Positions 58,939 through 64,000 of a stretch of 64,000 nt of DNA are shown here, piece after piece. The notes beneath the pieces are model-generated. The model saw only the letters and a program-made list of their open reading frames with translations, did no database searches and was not told where the DNA came from. Numbering within the stretch: position 1 is the stretch's first letter; each line of letters starts with the position of its first letter. The position numbers and the translations under genes were made by a program. The stretch lies in NCBI GenBank assembly GCA_041657955.1, contig JBBABA010000001.1, positions 106,419 through 170,418 of the forward strand, written 5' to 3'. Source of the stretch: Thermoplasmata archaeon (lineage in GTDB: Archaea > Thermoplasmatota > JASEFT01 > JBBABA01).

Positions 58939-60204
58939 GTGGAAAGAATTTGTGTAATCGGCCTGGGGTATATAGGACTTCCAACCGCCGCTTTTTTAGC
59001 AAATAGCGGATACAAGGTATATGGGATGGACATTAACAATGAGTTAGTCGATAAAATAAATTCTTGCAAGGTGCCTTTTGTAGAAAAAGGCCTTAATGAT
59101 TTGGTAACGCGCAGTGTAAAAACCGGGAATCTGACTGTGCAGACTAAAATTCACGACGCCGATGTATACTTTATATGTGTTCCAACGCCATTCACGAAGA
59201 ATAAAAAAGCCGATTTGACCTACGTCGTTTCCGCAACCAAATCAATCCTGCCGAAAATTAAGAAAGGAAACATGGTCATATTGGAATCTACAGTTCCGCC
59301 ACTCACTACTAAAAATATTGTTGGGCCGATATTGGAGAAAAGTGGATTGCATGTCGGCAGGGACATATCGTTATGCCACTGCCCCGAACGCGTGATGCCT
59401 GGCAACATAATCAACGAAATGATAAACAACGATAGGGTGATCGGCGGGGTCGATAGAAAATCGACTCTGAGGGCACTAAAAATATACAAAAAATTTGTAA
59501 AAGGCAGAATATTCTTGACGGATGATACCACCGCAGAATATGTAAAGTTGATCGAGAACACATTTAGGGCGGTAAATATTGCTCTGGCAAACGAATTAGC
59601 ATTAATCGCCGAGAAAGTTGGGATAAATGCAATGGAGGCGATAAATCTTGCCAACAAGCATCCCCGCGTGGATATTCACAATCCGGGTCCAGGGGTCGGA
59701 GGGCATTGCATACCTGTAGATCCGTGGTTTGTAGTTGAAACCGCGGGCGGAACATCCAAACTCATACCTCTTGCTCTGACTATAAACGAGAGCATGCCAG
59801 AACACGTTGTAAATCTATTAACAGACGCGCTCAAAGAAGCAGGCAAGAGCCTCAAGAAATCGAAAGTTGTCGTGCTAGGTGCTGCATACAAGGGTAATGC
59901 CGAGGATACACGCGAAAGCCCGACGACGCCGATTGTTGCCAAGTTACTCAAAGCGAGAACCAAGCATGTTGTTATTTATGACCCATACGTGACAAAATAC
60001 GAATACCCTATAGAACATAACTTTTCAAAGGCAGTGAAAGGTGCGGATGCACTTATTGTAGTTACTGATCATAACGAATTTAAACGCATGAATATGAGCG
60101 ATGTCAAAAAACTCATGGCACCGAAACCCATATTAGTGGATTCTAGAAATATTGTAAAAAACCATAATGGCTTTATATTTAGGGGCATTGGAATTGGAAG
60201 ATAA
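58939..60204 (+). CDS. wecC: UDP-N-acetyl-D-mannosamine dehydrogenase
   Basis: GLGYIGLP, HCPERVMPG, GPGVGGHCIPVDPWF, YKGNAEDTRESP. Confidence 0.93.
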   Translation: MERICVIGLGYIGLPTAAFLANSGYKVYGMDINNELVDKINSCKVPFVEKGLNDLVTRSVKTGNLTVQTKIHDADVYFICVPTPFTKNKKADLTYVVSATKSILPKIKKGNMVILESTVPPLTTKNIVGPILEKSGLHVGRDISLCHCPERVMPGNIINEMINNDRVIGGVDRKSTLRALKIYKKFVKGRIFLTDDTTAEYVKLIENTFRAVNIALANELALIAEKVGINAMEAINLANKHPRVDIHNPGPGVGGHCIPVDPWFVVETAGGTSKLIPLALTINESMPEHVVNLLTDALKEAGKSLKKSKVVVLGAAYKGNAEDTRESPTTPIVAKLLKARTKHVVIYDPYVTKYEYPIEHNFSKAVKGADALIVVTDHNEFKRMNMSDVKKLMAPKPILVDSRNIVKNHNGFIFRGIGIGR

Positions 60205-60239
60205 AAACCCCCATAACCGGTGCGCAGATTTTATTGAGT

Positions 60240-61322
60240 CTAATCTCCATTTTCCAATACGATATCTAGAATCTTCTCTCCTGCGCACCCGTCTCCGAAA
60301 GGATTTACCCAATTTCTATCTTTCTTAAGCATGATATCAACGCCATTGAGTATCTTCTTTTTGTTAACACCTACCAGGATATTGCACCCGATTTCTAGTG
60401 TCTCCTGTCTTTCCGTATTGTCTCTAAGGGTTACGCACGGCACATTAAGGTTGCAAGATTCCTCCTGCACTCCGCCTGAATCTGTCAGTATCAATCTGGC
60501 GTTTGACTCTATCTGTAAAAATTCCAAAAACCCAACAGGTTCTATCATTCTAACACCTCGTGGAATACTTAAGCCAAACTCTTTTATTCTTTTGGCAGTT
60601 CTCGGGTGGATGGGGTATATGATCGGTATTTCATATTTGTCGTAAACCAGTTTTAACCCCTCTAAAATAGATTTCAACCTCCCCGCTACATCTACATTCT
60701 CCTGTCTATGGGCTGTAATAAGAAAATATCCACCCCCCTCTAGTTGTAATTCTTTTAGAACATTCACTTTTCTTTTCGCAATCTTGAGGTTTTGAGAAAC
60801 TGCATCTACAATCGTATTTCCAGTAACAAATATCTTGCCATCATCGATACCTTCTTTTAAGAGGTTACGCCTGTTCTTGTCTGTTGGCGCGAATAGGTAA
60901 TCGCTGCAGTGATCTGTCAATATCCTGTTTATTTCTTCAGGCATAGTTCTATCGTAACTGCGCAACCCAGCTTCGACATGTCCGACCTTTATGTGCATTT
61001 TGGTCGCAGTCATTGCTCCTGCAAAAACTGTATTTGTATCGCCTTCCACAAGAACAACATTCGCTTTTTCTTTAGACAGTATCTTCTCTATACCTGTCAT
61101 CATTTTGGCAACTTCCACGGCGTGACTACCAGAGCCTACATCTAGATTGTATTTCGCATCAGGAATGTTCAGTTCCTCGAAAAATATTTTATCCAGCTTG
61201 TATGAATAATGCTGACCGGTATGAAGTACAAAGTAATCTAACCGCCTCTTTTCGCAAACTCTTATTATCGGCGACATCTTGATTATCTCTGGGCGGGTTC
61301 CGAGAATTATTGCTATCTTCAT
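60240..61322 (-). CDS. wecB: UDP-GlcNAc 2-epimerase (second copy)
   Basis: LGTRPEIIK, HTGQHY, HVEAGLRS, TDSGGVQEE, NPFGDG. Confidence 0.95.
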   Translation of the reverse strand: MKIAIILGTRPEIIKMSPIIRVCEKRRLDYFVLHTGQHYSYKLDKIFFEELNIPDAKYNLDVGSGSHAVEVAKMMTGIEKILSKEKANVVLVEGDTNTVFAGAMTATKMHIKVGHVEAGLRSYDRTMPEEINRILTDHCSDYLFAPTDKNRRNLLKEGIDDGKIFVTGNTIVDAVSQNLKIAKRKVNVLKELQLEGGGYFLITAHRQENVDVAGRLKSILEGLKLVYDKYEIPIIYPIHPRTAKRIKEFGLSIPRGVRMIEPVGFLEFLQIESNARLILTDSGGVQEESCNLNVPCVTLRDNTERQETLEIGCNILVGVNKKKILNGVDIMLKKDRNWVNPFGDGCAGEKILDIVLENGD

Positions 61323-61572
61323 AATCTTAATCCATTTTTATTAGGCATCCAATTATTCAAGGCATGAAGATTGGGGTTTCAAATATATAAAAGTCGTCTA
61401 TCTATGACCCAAACTCATTAAACTTAACATTAGCATAACTTCTTTCTGGCAGCTCCTCCGACAATCAATAGATATGGTACACCAAAAAGTCTTCTCAAGC
61501 TGAAAGGCTCGTATAACGGGAACAACATCTTTATATGTCCACAATATATGTAAAAAAGAAACAGATCGAGAA

Positions 61573-62559
61573 GTGATGTGGGGCGGTTGCTTGAAACCAA
61601 CAGCAAGTTTTAGTGCGGTCATCTGTACATTGTTTAAAAGAAAAAACGAACTGCTGGGCTGTTTAGAGTCGATAGTTGAACAAAACATACCTCCGGACGA
61701 AATAATCTTTGTCTCTAAAGAGTATCCGAACGACGAATTGAAAGACACAATAGAATGTCTTGCAAAACCTTCGAAAAAATTAAAAAACAAGATCAAGGTT
61801 AGATACATAATACAAACCGGAGTCGGACTCACTAACGCCAGAAACTCGGCAATACCACATATCGAAACGGACATAGTTTTTTTCTTGGACGATGACGTTA
61901 TTTTAGACTCGAACTATTTTAAAACAATAATTGAAACCTATGAAAGCGATCCAAACGGAGAGATTGTGGGTGTGGGGGGAATCCCTCGCGTGATAAAAAC
62001 CGAGCAAGCCTCTCCCATCAGACAAACAGTAGGAAAAATATCAAAAAAACTAGATGTTATTTTTTCAATAATGCCCAAGAGTCCTTACAAGATTACTAGT
62101 GCTGGGTGGGGCGGCTCCGCATATTTAGATGTGCTCGGCGTGATTGATAAAAAAATCGGAGTGGACGTATTGTCCGGTTCCAACATGAGTTTTAGAAGAA
62201 AAATTTTCACTGAATTTAAATTCGACGAGGGGATACCTGGAAAGTTTTTTGGAGAAGATTATATGTTCACATACGCAGTTTCAAGAAAGTATAAGTTAAT
62301 CCTGGACCCGAATGCAAAAGTGCTCCATCTCGAATCCCCCATAAACAGGTTCGAGAGAACCAAAGAAGAAATCCCTACTCGGATATACTTCTATAAAAAA
62401 TACATTAAAAAAAATAGGGTAAAATTCCTAATATCGCTCTGTTGGTATTTTTCGAGAGAACTTATGCTATTATTCTTAACACCTTCCAACAATAATTTTT
62501 TAAATTTTAAAATTCTTGCGCGTGCCTATCTGGCAGCGATGCGAAAAGGTAAAACGTAG
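61573..62559 (+). CDS. Glycosyltransferase family 2
   Basis: VICT, GLTNARN, FLDDD, SGSNMSFRR, FDE..GED. Confidence 0.9.
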   Translation: MMWGGCLKPTASFSAVICTLFKRKNELLGCLESIVEQNIPPDEIIFVSKEYPNDELKDTIECLAKPSKKLKNKIKVRYIIQTGVGLTNARNSAIPHIETDIVFFLDDDVILDSNYFKTIIETYESDPNGEIVGVGGIPRVIKTEQASPIRQTVGKISKKLDVIFSIMPKSPYKITSAGWGGSAYLDVLGVIDKKIGVDVLSGSNMSFRRKIFTEFKFDEGIPGKFFGEDYMFTYAVSRKYKLILDPNAKVLHLESPINRFERTKEEIPTRIYFYKKYIKKNRVKFLISLCWYFSRELMLLFLTPSNNNFLNFKILARAYLAAMRKGKT

Positions 62560-62596
62560 AATAAATTCAAATGAGGAATCATGGGTATCTTTCCTC

Positions 62597-63595
62597 TTAT
62601 GGTTTGTACCCAATTGATTTTAGGTCTGCTTCGACCATCATTTTAACTAAATCCTTAAAATATACTTCTGGTTTCCAACCCAATTTTTTCATCGCCTTTT
62701 TATAATCACCAACAAGGCTATCAACTTCGCTCGGTCTAAGATATCGGGGGTCTGTCTTGACGTGATTGCGCCAATCGCGTCCAACCAATTTGAAAGCTTC
62801 TTCTAAGAACTCCATTACAGAATGCTGTTCTCCTGTAGCAATCACATAGTCGTCAGGCTCGTTCTGTTGAAGCATAAGCCACATGGCTCTTACATAATCT
62901 CCTGCAAAACCCCAGTCTCTTTTCGCGTCGAGATTTCCGAGGTAGATAAACTCTTCCTTACCCGCCATTATCTTTGCAAGCCCTCTTGTTATTTTTCTAG
63001 TGACAAAAGTCTCCCCTCTCCGTGGCGATTCATGATTAAAAAGAATCCCACTGCAGGCGAATAACCCGTACGCCTCTCGATAATTGATAGTCATATAATG
63101 TGCGAAAACTTTCGCGACAGCATACGGACTTCGGGGATGAAAATGAGTCTTTTCGGTTTGGGGCGTTTCTTTTACATTTCCAAACATCTCGCTGCTCGAC
63201 GCCTGATAAAATCTTGTGTTAATATCGGATCTTCTAATAGCCTCAAGAATCCTGATATTTCCAAGAGCCGTTGTTTCGCTTGTATACTCTGGAATGTCAA
63301 AACTCACCCGTACATGACTCTGCGCTGCCAGATTATATATCTCATCGGGTTCAATCTCGGAGATAATGTTGGCGAGAGAAGTGGCATCAGAAAGATCCCC
63401 ATATTTTAGGAACAACCTTACGTTTGAAAGGTGCGGGTCTTTGTACAGGTGATCAATTCGTCCAGTGTTGAACGAACTCGACCGTCTGATGATTCCATAA
63501 ACTTTATATCCTTTGGAAAGAAGCAACTCGGTTAAATACGAGCCATCCTGCCCGGTAATCCCGGTAATTAATGCTGTTTTTTCCTCATGCGACAT
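62597..63595 (-). CDS. gmd: GDP-mannose 4,6-dehydratase
   Basis: [38 protein letters not shown]. Confidence 0.96.
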   Translation of the reverse strand: MSHEEKTALITGITGQDGSYLTELLLSKGYKVYGIIRRSSSFNTGRIDHLYKDPHLSNVRLFLKYGDLSDATSLANIISEIEPDEIYNLAAQSHVRVSFDIPEYTSETTALGNIRILEAIRRSDINTRFYQASSSEMFGNVKETPQTEKTHFHPRSPYAVAKVFAHYMTINYREAYGLFACSGILFNHESPRRGETFVTRKITRGLAKIMAGKEEFIYLGNLDAKRDWGFAGDYVRAMWLMLQQNEPDDYVIATGEQHSVMEFLEEAFKLVGRDWRNHVKTDPRYLRPSEVDSLVGDYKKAMKKLGWKPEVYFKDLVKMMVEADLKSIGYKP

Positions 63596-63609
63596 GCTGA
63601 CACCTCCTC

Positions 63610-63999
<390 letters not shown>

Positions 64000-64000
64000 C

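Overview
Archaeal-looking DNA: GGTGA/GGAGG Shine-Dalgarno motifs, BRE-TATA-like promoters, an AglH/Alg7-type GlcNAc-1-P transferase and a PKD/CARDB surface protein. A Thermoplasmata-like host is a guess. Nearly the whole window is one large mosaic surface-glycan (N-glycan/EPS) biosynthesis locus of about 45 intact genes. It encodes glycosyltransferases, a Wzx-type flippase, and UDP-ManNAc(A), UDP-GlcA, dTDP-rhamnose and GDP-fucose pathways. It also carries a WbuXYZ-type acetamidino module and a long pseudaminic-acid-like operon that lacks PseH but is coupled to PanB, a ThDP enzyme, an SDR, an ATP-grasp ligase and a GH57-like protein. Features the ORF track misses: (1) a >900-aa secreted protein running off the left edge; (2) a complete IS5 with TIRs, an 8-bp TSD and a premature TAG; (3) a gutted IS5 whose core is replaced by four regularly spaced hairpins of different sequence; (4) ~43-bp TGT...ACA inverted repeats bracketing the acetamidino cassette; (5) three genes that appear to start at ATA/ATT codons; (6) at least seven gene relics, two of them paralogous to intact genes in the window. 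No rRNA, tRNA or CRISPR array was seen. All assignments come from motif recognition by eye, with no database searches.
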